From the NCBI GenBank assembly GCA_051362555.1, contig CM120648.1, positions 14,504,587 through 14,568,586 of the forward strand: 64,000 nucleotides of DNA, given 5' to 3'. Made by a program: the position numbers and the translations under genes. This document shows, piece by piece, positions 13,813 to 27,414 of the stretch. Below the pieces are notes generated by a model. That model was not told the DNA's origin. It did not search any database and saw nothing but the letters and a program-made list of their open reading frames with translations. How positions within the stretch are numbered: the stretch's first letter is position 1; each line of letters starts with the position of its first letter. Source of the stretch: Lingula anatina (lineage: Eukaryota; Animalia; Brachiopoda).

Positions 13813-15397
13813 TCACTTTTCTCAAATGAATTGTGAAAAAAAAACACATTTCAATTACACACAGCAGATTAACTTTTGCTTTCTACACACTTGTAGGTGT
13901 AATGTTTAAAAACCAACCTTATTAGATTTTGCTCACTTTCACTATTCACAGTTTGGCATATTTTAATTGTGATTTAATAAGTATTAACATGGGTCTCAAG
14001 TCTTGTGGTAACTCAACAGATGCATTTCTTTATTGAAAACAGGTTATCATGTTGTTGTTAAGCACTAGGTAACAAAACATAAACATTGATTTACTGAATC
14101 AAACATTTGTGCCCTTTCATTTTTTAAATGGCTTCCTTAATTTACCCCCAGTACAGCGGCAGTAGACTGTTTTCATGTCAGTGCTTCCACCATGTGTTAT
14201 ATATCTGTCTGTACACATGACAGCTTTTCTGCCTTGTCACTGGTTTACAGTATGTCCTCAGAAAAACCCTCCTCCTCAAGAAGTCCAAATAAACCAAATA
14301 AGCACGTTACATACACCTGTACATACACTGTAGATTCATATGTGGACATACAAAGACGTAGATGTCATATACAGCTACATGTAGTATGTTGATATCATAA
14401 TGTGGTAGGTACTTATTGCAACAGAGACGATCATATTTTCCTCCAGGTGGCGTTATAGTACTGACCAGTTTGTCAAACATGGCGAAAACTGCTCAGATGA
14501 AAGCAGTGGACCGTTTTAGAATCGCCATTGACCTACATAATATTATTTTATTTTGGGTGTTTTCTTCTGGTTTGTTTATGAAATATATTTAACACAAATG
14601 CACTATATATATGCATTTTGATTTTAGTAAATTTTTTATCAAGTTTTGCTTGTCAGATAAGGGTGAGGGTTGGACAGAAATGCTTTAGCCCCTCCCCCAA
14701 AAAGCAAATTGAACCTACTCTCTAGGAAGAGTAGATACACCTTACGTGATCAGGGAGTGGATGCGAGGCGGTTTAGAAACTAAGTATACAAATATTTATG
14801 TTTCAATGTATCAGTGTTAGGGATTTGATGCTAACTTATTTGTAATTGATTTTATAGGAAGTAATGTGACGCGTGCATGTATAAAAATGGCTTGGCCATT
14901 CCCCAGTGTTTCCCCCACAACATGTTGCTTCCTCCATTACTTCACCTTATCACGTCCTCTGGAAATGAAAACTATTTCGAAATTCGTTAGTAGAAAAAAT
15001 ATCGTCAGTTGAAGACGTACCAGGAGTATATTTACTAGAAGCAGACAAAAAAGGGGAAATGCTGTGGAATCTTCCATTTAAATTCCTTGTTACTGACGTG
15101 TAAATATTTGTAGTAAGCGGTTGGTGGTCGAAATAAAAAGAGCATAACAGACAGTAGGTACTGTATAAGTATTACACTTCCATTTCTAATTTCGTCACGA
15201 TTTCACTAGTCCAGTTGTACTATTTTAGCCCGTTGAATGTATAAGTTGAATTATAGCTACACTGTACAGATTTTTGTGTGACGGGAGCTTTAAAATATGT
15301 GGCTTCACTGTTGTTACCCCTTCAAGGCATAGGGGGCGAACTGATAGCGCAAAATACTGTTTCAAACAAATGTTAATCGTTCTGTCGACACCTTTGA

Positions 15398-16283
15398 AAA
15401 TAAAGCATTGGGTATTTGAAACATGGCATTTTTAAGACTTAGTGGTCATCAGATACAGGATTAGTTTATTTCAGTAAAGATATCTGCCCCTTATGCCTTT
15501 CAATTTGCTCTGATCTCGTAAGACCTAATTTGCCGCCGTGGCATTTGTAAAATGGCACCACAGTAATGATTATCTTTTACCAGGGCCACAGATTGATTTT
15601 GCACCAGATACACAATGTATGTCTCTAGTTAAACGATGGGACTTTTCTGACCTGCAAGCATCAGAGCACATAAAATCAGCGGCCCTGGGAGATTGTAGGT
15701 TATGATACACGTGACCAAAAAGTCCGGAAACGTGAAATTGTTTGACAATAATTAAAAAAATATGTAATGTATTAGGAAAATCTTCTGTGCATACAACAAA
15801 TAACAAATGGAGGGAATTTTAATATTTGGTTTAATTATTTAAATAAAGCATTGGGTATTTGAAACATGGCATTTTTAAGACTTAGTGGTCATCAGATACA
15901 GGATTAGTTTATTTCAGTAAAGATATCTGCCCCTTATGCCTTTCAATTTGCTCTGATCTCGTAAGACCTAATTTGCCGCCGTGGCATTTGTAAAATGGCA
16001 CCACAGTAATGATTATCTTTTACCAGGGCCACAGATTGATTTTGCACCAGATACACAATGTATGTCTCTAGTTAAACGATGGGACTTTTCTGACCTGCAA
16101 GCATCAGAGCACATAAAATCAGCGGCCCTGGGAGATTGTAGGTTATGATACACGTGACCAAAAAGTCCGGAAACGTGAAATTGTTTGACAATAATTAAAA
16201 AAATATGTAATGTATTAGGAAAATCTTCTGTGCATACAACAAATAACAAATGGAGGGAATTTTAATATTTGGTTTAATTATTT
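15398..16283. repeat. Perfect 443 bp tandem duplication (15398-15840 / 15841-16283)
   Basis: Identical sequence and identical ORFs at offset 443. Each copy contains a short cagggcc...ggccctg inverted-repeat element (15581-15687). Confidence 0.95.
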
Positions 16284-19200
16284 ACCTTAGCTAATATGGT
16301 TATTTATTCAAAATAACGATGTTTCCAAACTTTTTGGGTGCGAAAATAACGAGTTGTGACTTACGTTTTCGTGCGAATTTAAAATACGCAGTAATGTGGA
16401 AACTTTTTTTTTTACAATTTCTTAATTAGACAAAAGTGAGCGTTTAGAAAGATTATTTGGAAGTTGCAACAGTTTACTGATATATTTTCCTGACAGGTGA
16501 TTTTCATGATATGTACATTTTCCACGTTTTATGCTATGGTAATAATAAATCAAATACATAATGTAGATATAAAAGTAGCCACAAGTAATGATCTTATCAG
16601 TGGTGCAATTTTTGTCAGTCCATTCCTTTATCAAGCTAATTCCGAATATGACGAAAAAAAATTTTTTTTTGTTTATTGATTTCCATTTACAAATTACGTC
16701 AGTGATGCACACATTTTGTGTAATATTTGATGAACTGTTTTAGATCTCTTTAATTACTGTGAATTTCTTTCCTTATCCATCTTATAGATATATAAATATA
16801 CATACAGCGAAAATCAAGGGGCACTTGTGAATCATGCAATTATTCCTTGAAATGTGTGCGCCTCTGGCGGGCCATTTGGTTGACGATGAGATGGAAAATA
16901 TGAGGGGAGTTACAAGAGCCGCCATTGTTTTTTAATAGAGAAAATTGGTAAAAGTCGTTCTCAATTTTTTTTTTTTTTTTGAATGCTTGTTGATATTTAT
17001 AACACCAAACCGTGAACGAGTAGTTAAGTTGACACTTTATTATTAAGACGTAATACATTTGTTGTATATATTACACCCTTAAGTGAACAGATATAACTTT
17101 TGTCTTACGTGTATGTCTTACGGATATTCAAAGTGATTAAGAAGTGATTTAAGTGTTCTTAAACAAATATAATTAATACGTAGTTGTTTGACACTGAATA
17201 AAGACTTTCCAAGTATACAATATGTCTTAGTTGTTTCTTCGGGGGTTGTATTGCTCAGCGGCAACGTGGGGTTGGGCTTCGACATTGGCTTACGTTTCAA
17301 AAATTTCTTTCATGTATTGGGATTTTCTTTTAGTAGTTTACTTTGGTTACTACAAGAACTTTGTTGACTTAGTGATACATCTAGGGTTTGGGCTCTTTTC
17401 CTGGTTCGGGTACTTAGAAATCATTAAAGACTTCAAGGGGCTTTACAGAATTTCCCCTTCGGTTACTATAAGAAGAAGGTTTTTCTCAGGGTGGGTGGGT
17501 GGGAACACTTAGAGGAGTAGGTAACGCGCTTGCCTCTGAGTCAGCAAGTCGTAACTTCAAAACCTGGCGCTCCTGGGTCCCAGCAAATTACCTTTTGCAA
17601 AAAAATATTCAAATAAGCAAGGTAAACTAACACAACAGGCTCAGACCTGTACACAGAAGAACGAGAGTTCGAATAGAGCTAAAGGGAACAGGTGAAAAAT
17701 GAAAGGGAATTCAACATACAAATATTTGTTTTCATTATTTATTGATTCAACAAATTCCAAGTAATTTCAACATAGTTTTATACAAAACAAAATGCGTGAA
17801 GTTCATTTTTTCTACATCGATAGCAATCGTAACAATAGCATTAATTTTTTTAAAAATTGTATAAATTATGCTTAACAAAAAAAAAAGAAGTCTACTAGAT
17901 AATAGGCTAGCTACTTTGGAAAGTACAACGTATTCTTTTGATTTATATAAAAAAAGAATTTGGACATAATGCTTACCCAAACAAAATTCATAAAAATTGA
18001 CCAGAACTGGTAGATAAACTGAAAGTCCAACCATATCGTACTTGTCAAATTTTGTTCAAAGGTGACGTTTATAATTGATTACTAATTCCATCGAGGAGCA
18101 AAGTGTCCAATTTCAGTGGTGTGAATGATATCGAAATTCCAAAAAGCATATTATCTCATATGGGAGTCGTCCTCTCACGCACACCTTGTTCTATGACGTC
18201 GTGCTGATTCTCGCACAGAAAAAGGAAGCCAAAAATAGTCATTTTTAAGAATCGAGTGTTTTATATTATTTTGTTTTCATTTCATTACGTCCTAATATTG
18301 GTAGGTTAATGGGACAGCATGCGAATCAGGAACGGCATAAAGACTTGGTTAACTTACAAGCTTATTCTAGTCATAACAATTTTTAAAAAATATGCAAACA
18401 AAACTGAAAAGATTACGCAGAAAGAAAAACAGTGACTTAAGATTCATTAATTCATAAATAATAATACCCTTACTCTGGTCTCCGGTGTTCAGTGATCAAG
18501 AAATACCCCCAACAGGACGTGCAGGACTGGCATCTAATCAGACCTTTTTCTCTCAATCACAACCAAAGAAATGTTAATATATATTAATAATGCACTTCGA
18601 ACAAGATACATAGGTGAACGTAACTTCAGTGAATTATTTGGGACGACTATTCACCCCAACCCCCCAACCCCCCACCCCCACCCCCAAACAATGTTTTGCG
18701 ATGGCTGAAGAAATCAATTTGAATTGCAAGATGGATTTTCGAAATTAAAAATGTAAAGTTTATGATAAATGTCAGTTCTACATAGATATTTTTATGCATA
18801 TGAACAAAGAAGTATTTCCAGGAGAGCACTTGCATTTCTGCTTTGCATTTATTGGCAAAAAGTCGAACACCACACAAATGAGCTCATGCAATGCTGATAA
18901 ATTTTGTCGGCCCCAAGAAGGGACAATTTTTATCACGTTGGTAACATATATTCTCCTACTGCAATAACGAATGCACAGTAATTTCGTGAAAATCCCTATT
19001 CCTCTCCTGGTTTCATTTTCTTAACATTGTTTTAGACCCCTCCCAGCACAGTAAATGTGTATCTGTCACTGATCAGACACGATATCAAAACACCGAAACC
19101 AAAGTAAGTTCATTCTTAACATGCGTCACAAACGGACATCGACAATTAAAAAAAAATTGTTCCTTATACATGGGCAATTCTGCAATCACGTGGACAAATC

Positions 19201-19908
19201 TTATCATTTTCATAACGCTGTAATTTCCAAAGCATTATAACTTGAAGTACAGTGTTTTTAAATTAACAACTTGTTCTTTTCTCAAACTTAACGTCCAATG
19301 TATGAAACCATTTGTCTCTCAAAAGTTTCACGTAATGACGTTGAGATATTTTTCTTATCGGAATCTCAAAATTCAATTCAATTCAAATCAAAATAAATAT
19401 TTAAAATATCCTCAAATGCACAGCCAAGTGGCTAACTGAAGATTTGCCCACAGACAAGTTTTACCTTCAACTAGAAAACCAATACTCTACCTAAAAATCA
19501 CCTTATAAAAATAATTGATCACTATCATTTTTGTTTTCATCCATCATTCAGCAAAATACTTTTTGCATTAAAATTATTTTGTTAAATATGAACTCCAAAA
19601 AGTGCCGTATTTTGATTTGAGAACTGATGGGTACCTCCTGACACAATAATAAATATACATAATAAATAAAATACCTTGAAACGATATTAGCAGACAGAGT
19701 ACTGTACTACAATTTAGAAACAAATGTATAATATATAACCAGCGACATGCAGGGTCGACGCCATCCATTTCTTTCTTTTTCTCTGATCAGAAATTTCGTT
19801 AAAAATTCTTGCTGCGTGCAACAATTAATTTGACACACATTTTATGCAGAATAGTATTATCCAAGGCAAAGATTACACTTCATATCGAATGTCAACCCTG
19901 CGAATAAA

Positions 19909-20030
19909 CTACAACACAAATTTCAACAAGGAAGAGAATCTTGGCATGGGCGCAGGCGATGTCCAACATGAATCTGATGTCTTTGATCGGCGATGCATCC
20001 AATCATCCGGTAAACAGCGGTTGGGAGCCA
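19909..20030 (-). CDS. Candidate terminal exon of a minus-strand spliced gene, copy 1 (unknown product)
   Basis: Acceptor attttcttcgtttatttcag|TGGCTCCC at 20031/20030, conserved in the paralog at 47509. Open to TAG at 19909 (MAPNRCLPDDW...KFVL*). Confidence 0.35.
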
Positions 20031-21280
20031 CTGAAATAAACGAAGAAAATCACATTCATGACACAGTTTGATGAAGCAGTATGTGTATATCTTTACAGCA
20101 TGCTTTTTTGGAACACATGCGATTATGTTAACAAAACACTATTGTGCCATTCCTATTCTTTTCTACCCTATAGACACATTGTTTAATGACAACATACTTC
20201 TTTGCATTCATATGTAAGATGCGGTATGAAAGGACCAGGCGCCCGGATAACAGAAATATTCACGGAAATGAAAGTCAGTGAATGAAAACATTTGGCAGAT
20301 GGGCCCAATTAGTATAAAATTGACAGAATCTAAAAAGACATTATGTAGGCACGTTTTGACGGACCAAGCCAGGGTTTTCAGGCGGAGGGTTTTTAGCTGT
20401 ATTTCGTCTAGTTTCGTGCCATGTACAATTTTTTTGCACTTTTGATTTGTTCTTGTTCTTGTTTTGATTTGCTATTTTGGGAGGGAGAAGAGATACCTCT
20501 TAAACTAATGTTGTAAAGCAAATGACTTACACTTTCACTAATTGCAGATAATAATTGTAATATTGACAATAAGGACGGTCTGGAGCTTTCGAACGTTTAT
20601 TCACCGACTCTCTTTTCATACCATTTCACAAGTATTTAAACTCTATTTCTCCGGACTGATCATGCATTTACTTGTTTTACTTTGTTTTACAAGGAATTTT
20701 CCATTCTCATGTTGCAGGCCACCATTCAACATTTTCTTATTAAATAATCTCTAAGAGACTTGTTTTCAATTAAAAATATTAATTGAATTACTCATGCTTG
20801 GACCTTATCCATGTGTTTTACACCTGTCCGAAACTTGCAAATCTATTGATAAATTAACCAATCAAATCGAACTATATGTGACTTTGACATGTTCCATCTT
20901 TTTCTACTACGATCACAATTTTTACACTTATTGACTTTTAAAGAAATTTAACTTACACTAAATTACTCCCTATCCTTTTACTCGTTTGATTCCTTTTAAT
21001 TATTATCTGCAATTAGTGAAAGATTAAGTCATTTGCTTTACAACACTAAGGAAGGGACACTGTACATGTAGCCCCGTCCCCACCCCCCTCACCTCCCCAA
21101 ATGGCCTGTCGTTTCCAGGAATGCAGTTACACAATAGTTCAACATCTTGTTACTGAATGTGCATTTGTCTGTTTGAAGTTAACTTTCATTAACAAGATAT
21201 TTTTGATACTTTGAAAACAGGTCAATGACCTTGCCAATAAAACAATTAGGAGAATGTAGATACCTGCCCAGTCGTCTTAC

Positions 21281-21356
21281 TTGTTGAGGACTTGTTCAGA
21301 CCTTTGGACAGCTGCAATAAGCCCCTCACTTCCTCATTGGCAAGTGCGTTCCTTCT
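21281..21356 (-). CDS. Candidate internal exon of the minus-strand gene, copy 1
   Basis: tttctgtaatttcag|AGAAGG...CAACAA|gtaaga encodes RRNALANEEVRGLLQLSKGLNKSST. An alternative donor CAG|gtatct (exon end 21264) is shared with the paralog at 48711-48811. Confidence 0.4.
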
Positions 21357-21612
21357 CTGAAATTACAGAAAATAATTCATTCAAACTCTGAGCTGATTTT
21401 GAAATTCTAATGGAGAGTGTATTAGACATAAGTGCATTGTCTCCACAGTCATAAGGACTAAAATGTCCCAGTGCGAAATGCATCATTTGGGCAAACATCG
21501 TCAACACAAAATACACAACGTTATCTTATATCAAGTGCACAATATTACAGCAGCTTCCTGTCATTTTCTGTGCTAAATTTTTGGCCTACGTGTGGAATTT
21601 GCAGCAACGTAC

Positions 21613-21813
21613 CATGAGCTTCTGTCTTCTCCATCTTCTACTGACCTCGGTCCTGTCTGAACACCTCTCACCGAAATGCTCACCTGTATTACATAATAAT
21701 GTACAGGTCACCCGCTTTTCACACGCAAGTTTCGATTTAAACTTGTTTTTGTTATTTGATATAGGGCAATGGGTCCTAATCCCAGGATGGTGATTTAGGC
21801 TTTCTACCATCAT
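21613..21813 (-). CDS. Candidate 5' coding exon of the minus-strand gene, copy 1 (alternatively a 71 nt internal exon, 21613-21683)
   Basis: Frame is open from ATG 21813 to donor CATG|gtacgt at 21613/21612. The donor is conserved in the paralog at 49063. Confidence 0.3.
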
Positions 21814-22859
21814 TATGGGAAAAATAATAACATCTTATCAACCATTATGTCTGATATCAAATTATTTAGCTATGTTTCACCCCCCCCCCCTAAAAAATCA
21901 CTTGTGCGGGTTGCGTTAGAAAAGATACGATGCGTTCTTCTTACCCGATTTGTATAGACCGCTAATATTACTGACAGCGTTCATATGAGTGAGGCCTAGA
22001 GTGAGTACAGCTTAGTTAACTGCAGCTGTCACAGCCAGGATTGACCTTACAGATGTGTTTTATAAAGTACATTAAACTAATACTGATTCAAACTAGTTGT
22101 AAATGTTCTCACCTCCCTCACTTTCAAAATCTATATGACCAAATAACATGTTTTTATGGAGTTTAGTGTATATTTAGGGCGCAAATGTCTCCGTATGTTT
22201 ATTTTTCACACAGCACAAGTCTTACTGAATAATGAAGTAACATTGTCAATGTTTGTACGGTAATCCGTATCAAAATTCAAGGTCGCGGGGGTAAATATAG
22301 TGCTTTTTATAATAAATATCAAAGCGAAGTTTTTATTTATTTATTTATTTATAAAAAAAATGGTTATTGAGGGTAAAACATAGTAAATTAAAATTTTGTC
22401 TTCCCAATGGCCCTCAGGTAATGGTAATTGAAGTTTAATTACAAGAAATAATTTTATTTGAATAAAAATAAATAAGGTGCCACCATTAGATAGGTGGCAT
22501 TTTCAAAAGCAGACTCTAATCTGATTAGTCTATCGGCACTTGCATTTATTGGTACATGGGTTTAAAGATATGGGGACGTAGAAGTATCGGGTCCCGTTAT
22601 CTGTCAAGACGTATCTGTCGAGACGTACCTATCAGGACTGGTAGGAATTGAGACTAAAAAGAGCTGCATGGAAAAATGCACTTTGCTTTTTACTAACTAA
22701 AGGTAACAAAAGTGTTGTAATAGACAGGTGCCAATCAAACTCATACGGTTTAATTTATTTTTACGGAAGCTGTCAAAAGCACACGACTTTGATTGACGGT
22801 TTTATAAACAAACGTCAATCACAATCATTACGCAGTTGATAACCATAGTCATCGAACAG

Positions 22860-23826
22860 CTTCCTACAGTACCTGCGTTACGTGGCACGCACTTTCCGCT
22901 TATGAAGAGAATGCAACGCACAGCGAAAGTAGTACCCTTTTGCGTTACTTTTGCTTTGCACTTGCCTCACACGCTTATGATGACGTACTGACGGCGTACG
23001 TCAGTTTTGCTCCTGTTTTCCCCGCCTTTCTTCTTCCTCCTCCCTTCTTTTCTGCTCTCTAAGCTTCTTTCTCTTGCAATTTTGGAGGCATACTAGAAGC
23101 TAAATTGAGCAAAATTTGAATTTTTTGAAAATTGTTGTACACGTTGCTCAATCGACGTTCATTGTCAAGACATGAGCGTGCGTCGTTAGCACGCCTTTTA
23201 TACTCCCGGCTTGGGGGTGACAAACGTGCGACGCATTCTCGGCTGCTTTCGACTTTGTTCGTTACCTGGATGGGCGTGTGCATACTCAACACGCAAAAAA
23301 AAGGGCACCTTCATTGCTTGCGACGTGCATCTTGGACCACGCACGACTTACTTGCGAACTGATGGGAGCAAGTTACGCTGGCGGCCTTGCTGTTCGCAGG
23401 TTATTCGTGGAATCTTTTGGACATGTCCAATTTCCCCCGTGCGTGCTTACAGGCTGTCTGCGAACTCGAAATTTCGTAAAGCCTAGGTCCCAATCGAACG
23501 CTACGTGTGGTCTACGGCCGAAAAAAATGGGGAAAACGTGGGAGTTCGTGCGTGAGCAGCACGTCCATCGTGCGACTTTTGGAGGACGCAAACAGCACGC
23601 AGAAACTTTACGACGTGATCAACACTTTGCAATCACCAATTACTTGATTCCTTCCCTGCGATCTAGCTACGTCCTAGCCGGACGCAAGGAACCTAAAAAA
23701 CCGTGCGTCCAAAACGTAGTTGGGACCTAGGCTTAAGAAAGACTTGCGTGGGACGTGAGATTCTGCGCAAAATTTGGACACAAACAGCCCGTAAGAGCCC
23801 GTGCGGGCCGGTTGTGACCGAAGCGT
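22860..23826 (-). mobile_element. GC/CpG-rich DNA transposon remnant, probably one end of a PIF/Harbinger element
   Basis: Right end ggttgtgaccgaagcg|taa resembles a Harbinger TIR with a TWA target. A decayed K/R-rich MPPK... N-terminus reads inward from ~23091. The matching TIR was not found. Confidence 0.4.
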
Positions 23827-23965
23827 AAGATCGGGGCCCCACCGCGTCCCTTGCAGCGATATCATGACAGCAGCTACTTTTCAGAATTCTCTGTCTGTTC
23901 TCAACAATTTCTTTGAAAAAAATTTACAGATTTTGTAAAAGGAGGAAGAACGATCATATTTCCAA

Positions 23966-24470
23966 AGGGGATAATGTGTGCAAATAACAGGAACAAACTC
24001 GACTGTTACAGATGTAGTCTTGAAAGACTGCCCCTTGTGACAGGAAAAACAAAGAATGAAGCCATGTACAGATGTAGGTGTAAACAATTAAGAACACTTT
24101 TCAAGAATTAATTTTGCCAGTATTGAATACCATATATGTACAAAGGAATATGGACCCCCCCCCCCCACCCCCGTTCCGAAACAATAGGGAGAAAAACATA
24201 GGGTGGTGAAGCTGGGTGTCATCTTCAAGACAACATTAACTGAAGAAATTCCGGGATGAATGCATAGTGAAACTTCTTTAACATTTTTTAAAGATTTTCG
24301 AAAAAGAGGAAGAAAGATTATAATACCTAAGGGGAAATGCATTCAAATAACAGGAACAAACTAGACCGTTACAGCTGTATTCTTGAAAGACTCTCTTGTG
24401 ACAGGAAAAAGAATCAAGTCATGTAGGTGAAAGTAATGAAGAACAATTTTCAATAATTAATTTTAGCAGT
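23966..24470. repeat. Diverged direct repeat of ~150 bp (23966-24121 / 24330-24470)
   Basis: caaataacaggaacaaact...cttgaaagact...gtgacaggaaaaa...gaaca...attaatttt occurs twice. Confidence 0.8.
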
Positions 24471-24832
24471 GCTTACTCAGTTTGAAAAAAATTATACTTC
24501 ATAAAGTATATCTTTATTTACTGTCATATTTATATATGTCGATAATTTTAATGTATGCACCAGTGATAAGAAAAAAAAAACAAAAAAACAGGCAACTTTG
24601 TTGGATAGAAATTGCTTAAGGGTCGAGCGATGTGAGGAAGGCATGCAACTTCCCACGCACAGCAAATAGCACGGTACGGAAAAAATAACAAATAAGATAA
24701 AATAATGGGTAAAATCTGAGCTTTAGAAATGGGAATTTTCATAATTTGGCATAAAGGGATGGATTAAGACGACCAAAACCTCAGATAAGGTATTTTTTGT
24801 CTCTGCGTCTGCTTGTCCCTATCACAATTGGA

Positions 24833-24959
24833 GGGCCCTGTAACTCGAAAGCATCGGGTATTGGCTACAATGTATTATATGGGGCGATTATGGGCGAGTT
24901 ATGGAATCGAGAAGCTTGCGCTCGGTCGCAATGCGGGATGCTTTCGAGTTACGGGGCTC
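24833..24959. mobile_element. ~127 bp MITE with Harbinger/Tourist-like TIRs
   Basis: gggccctgtaactcgaaagcatc ... gatgctttcgagttacggggctc form 23 bp TIRs with 2 mismatches. TSD is ambiguous. Confidence 0.75.
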
Positions 24960-25890
24960 AGGCATTAAGATTGAGGTGTTACTGAAAAAAAAACCTTGTT
25001 CGCATTAGCTTGTGAAATGGACATTCTCAAATTATTTCCCCAAATTGTTCCCCAGGGCCTACTTGGCCCAAAACTATATAGGGGAAGTGTGCCAAGTGCC
25101 AAAGTTGGACGACATACTGTGCTTCTACTTCTTTATGGGCTGCATTGGTTGATTGACTTTAAAACTATAGTTAAATTGGTATACTGATTTGAAGTCGGAT
25201 TAAGCGTTTACTAACACTACAGTACTTGCAGATATTTTAGCTCTAACACCCATTTTAACCACAAAACGTTCAAATTAACCAGCACTACCCGAGGGGATAA
25301 ATATAAGTGCTAAAAAATTGTTAAATAATTGTCGCTGTTATGGCAATAAATTGATAACCGTGTGGCTTTTTTTTTGTATTCAGTACAAAAAGTTTCGAGT
25401 ATTTAAAATTTTTTTATGATACTCCGGAGAAATTAGATGAAAATTATCATATTAGCGCCCTCTATCATTTATCGCTGTCTTCACTAGCACAATATGATGA
25501 AATTCATGGACACCGTCACAATCATGTTGAAATAGACTCTGAGGTCAAATACTGTAGCATTAACCCTTTGTAACTCAACTTCCTCTATTCTCCCGGACCA
25601 TTACATACCTGTCAACACTGACAATTGACAGAGAGGGAGATTTCCGCGCACGACCTACGCCCCCCCCCCCCCCCCCCCCCCCCCCCAGCCCCCTCACACA
25701 CAAACACAGGTAAAAGCTACTTTCATGCTTTGGAAAGAAACGGCCCGGTTATAAATTATCAGTTTGCTATAATAATATACTTTGACTATACAAAATGACA
25801 TAGAAAAATCAAATCGGCAATTAAGAAATTTATCATATTCCAATTCATGTCTTTCAATGCTTCAAGAATTTTACTGGCTGTTTTACAACT

Positions 25891-26152
25891 TAGTCATACT
25901 AACAGCCTGTTTAAATCAATAATTAAAACAAGTCAATTTTTGCGCTCCGATATTTCAGTCTCCGTTGTGTGGCTTTTTGCACACCTCAGGTAGAGGTGAC
26001 ACTAGCCTAACCATACTAACACTAGCCTAGCCTAGTCATACTAACAGCCTGTTTAAATCAATAATTAAAACAAGTAAATTTTTGCGCTCCGATATTTCAG
26101 TCTCCGTTGTGTGGCTTGTTGCACACCTCAGGTAGAGGTGACACTAGCCTAA
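25891..26152. repeat. ~120 bp local duplication (offset 142), single copy in the paralog
   Basis: tagtcatactaacagcctg...gacactagcctaa at 25891 and 26033; only one copy at ~57995-58140. Confidence 0.9.
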
Positions 26153-27414
26153 CTTCTTATGTTACTGGAACATTTTTGAAATAGTGTTCAGATTTCTTTG
26201 TGAAGTCCCAAATATCTCACTTCGTAACAAATTCATTTTTAATTAAAAAATAAGATAAAATTATCTGTCTGTCCTTCAAACCGTACTATTTAAGTCCATT
26301 GCCTATGTGGAAAGATAGGCAATTCGGCTCATTCATTAGCACTTCTGTTTTATGTTTTCTGATGTATATTCTGGATTGTCGCGCAAATAAGCCCCAGTGC
26401 ATAAATGAAAATGTGCAATATTTCGTGCAAGTCGGCAAACATACTTGATGTGAAAATTAATCGCTGACAGTTTGTGTAGTTCAAACATAGCAAAGTTTGA
26501 CTCCACGTAAATTCTGTAGGCACTTTAGGTTCCGTTTTTAAGGTATTTTAATTTTAGTTCCTTTCGTAGCGTTGACGCTTTGCCAGTTAATTTTCCATTG
26601 CTGCGATTTTAGAAATAGACGCCATCTTTTAAGTTCATCTTTATGAAGTACTATAGTTGAACCATACGGTTGTTACATAGATTAAAAAGATTAAAGAGAC
26701 AAAAGTTGTAAAAGTTTGTATAACCTGGTGTGTTAGAGTTAAAGGACACTACATTGTAGTAAACACCCCAACGCTCTCAAAACTCAATTTTCCCGACTCT
26801 CCCAAACCCATACTCATTTTTCACAAACGCCGTACAGTGGAATCGAAATCAATTTGCCGTATTTTTTGCACTGTAAAAGTGTCTATGGACTAGCATGCTT
26901 ACGTTCGGTACGGGCGCCGTACCATTTCTCCCACATGACCTTGAAGTAAAGTAACGGATGCCTCACGAGTAGGGGCATATGGACAATACATAGACACCGT
27001 ACGGGCATCGTATACGACAAATGTACACTAGGATTAGATATCTGGTAAATTTTTAATATATTTGGTCGGGAATTATGCGTACAGTTTTTGAAATATTTGC
27101 GGGCGCACCTGAGAGAAATTTCGGTCTCATAATTTCATTATTATCAAAAACTGTTTGTGTGTGTGTGTGCGCGTGTGTGTGTGTGTGTGGGGGGGGGGGT
27201 GAGGGGGTGAGGGGGTCAGTCCTTTATAAGGGTAATGAAACGAGATCCGCTCATAGCTCAATCGATTGGTTTTCTAGAGTGTATTGTCATCAAAGCCACG
27301 TGCAGTGCTTATTACTTATATACATGTACAGCCTATGTCAGTAATTACATTGCCTTCTATACTACCACTCTAAATACTACTATAACTACCACAGTGGACG
27401 ACTTCATCCTGTAG

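Noticed and set aside
14440-16930. Scattered CTCF/YY1-like motifs (ccaggtggcg ~14443, aacatggcg ~14476, gcgcctctggcgg ~16857)
   Set aside because: Short motifs with no associated gene structure; not enough to call a promoter or insulator.
17512-17575. tRNA-like or SINE-head-like stretch (gtaggtaacgcgcttgcctc...cttcaaaacctgg)
   Set aside because: The B box is degenerate and I could not build a cloverleaf; at most an old SINE fragment.
21400-21600. Possible intronic snoRNA conserved between the duplicated genes
   Set aside because: No convincing C/D or H/ACA box pair, and conservation is no higher than the flanking duplicated DNA.
23059-23865. Overlapping 63-150 aa ORFs on both strands
   Set aside because: Expected in a GC-rich TE remnant; no recognisable domain.
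25494-25542. C/D-box snoRNA-like atgatga...ctga
   Set aside because: Only ~50 nt, and the C box is not kept in the paralog (gtgattg) or in the other module copies.
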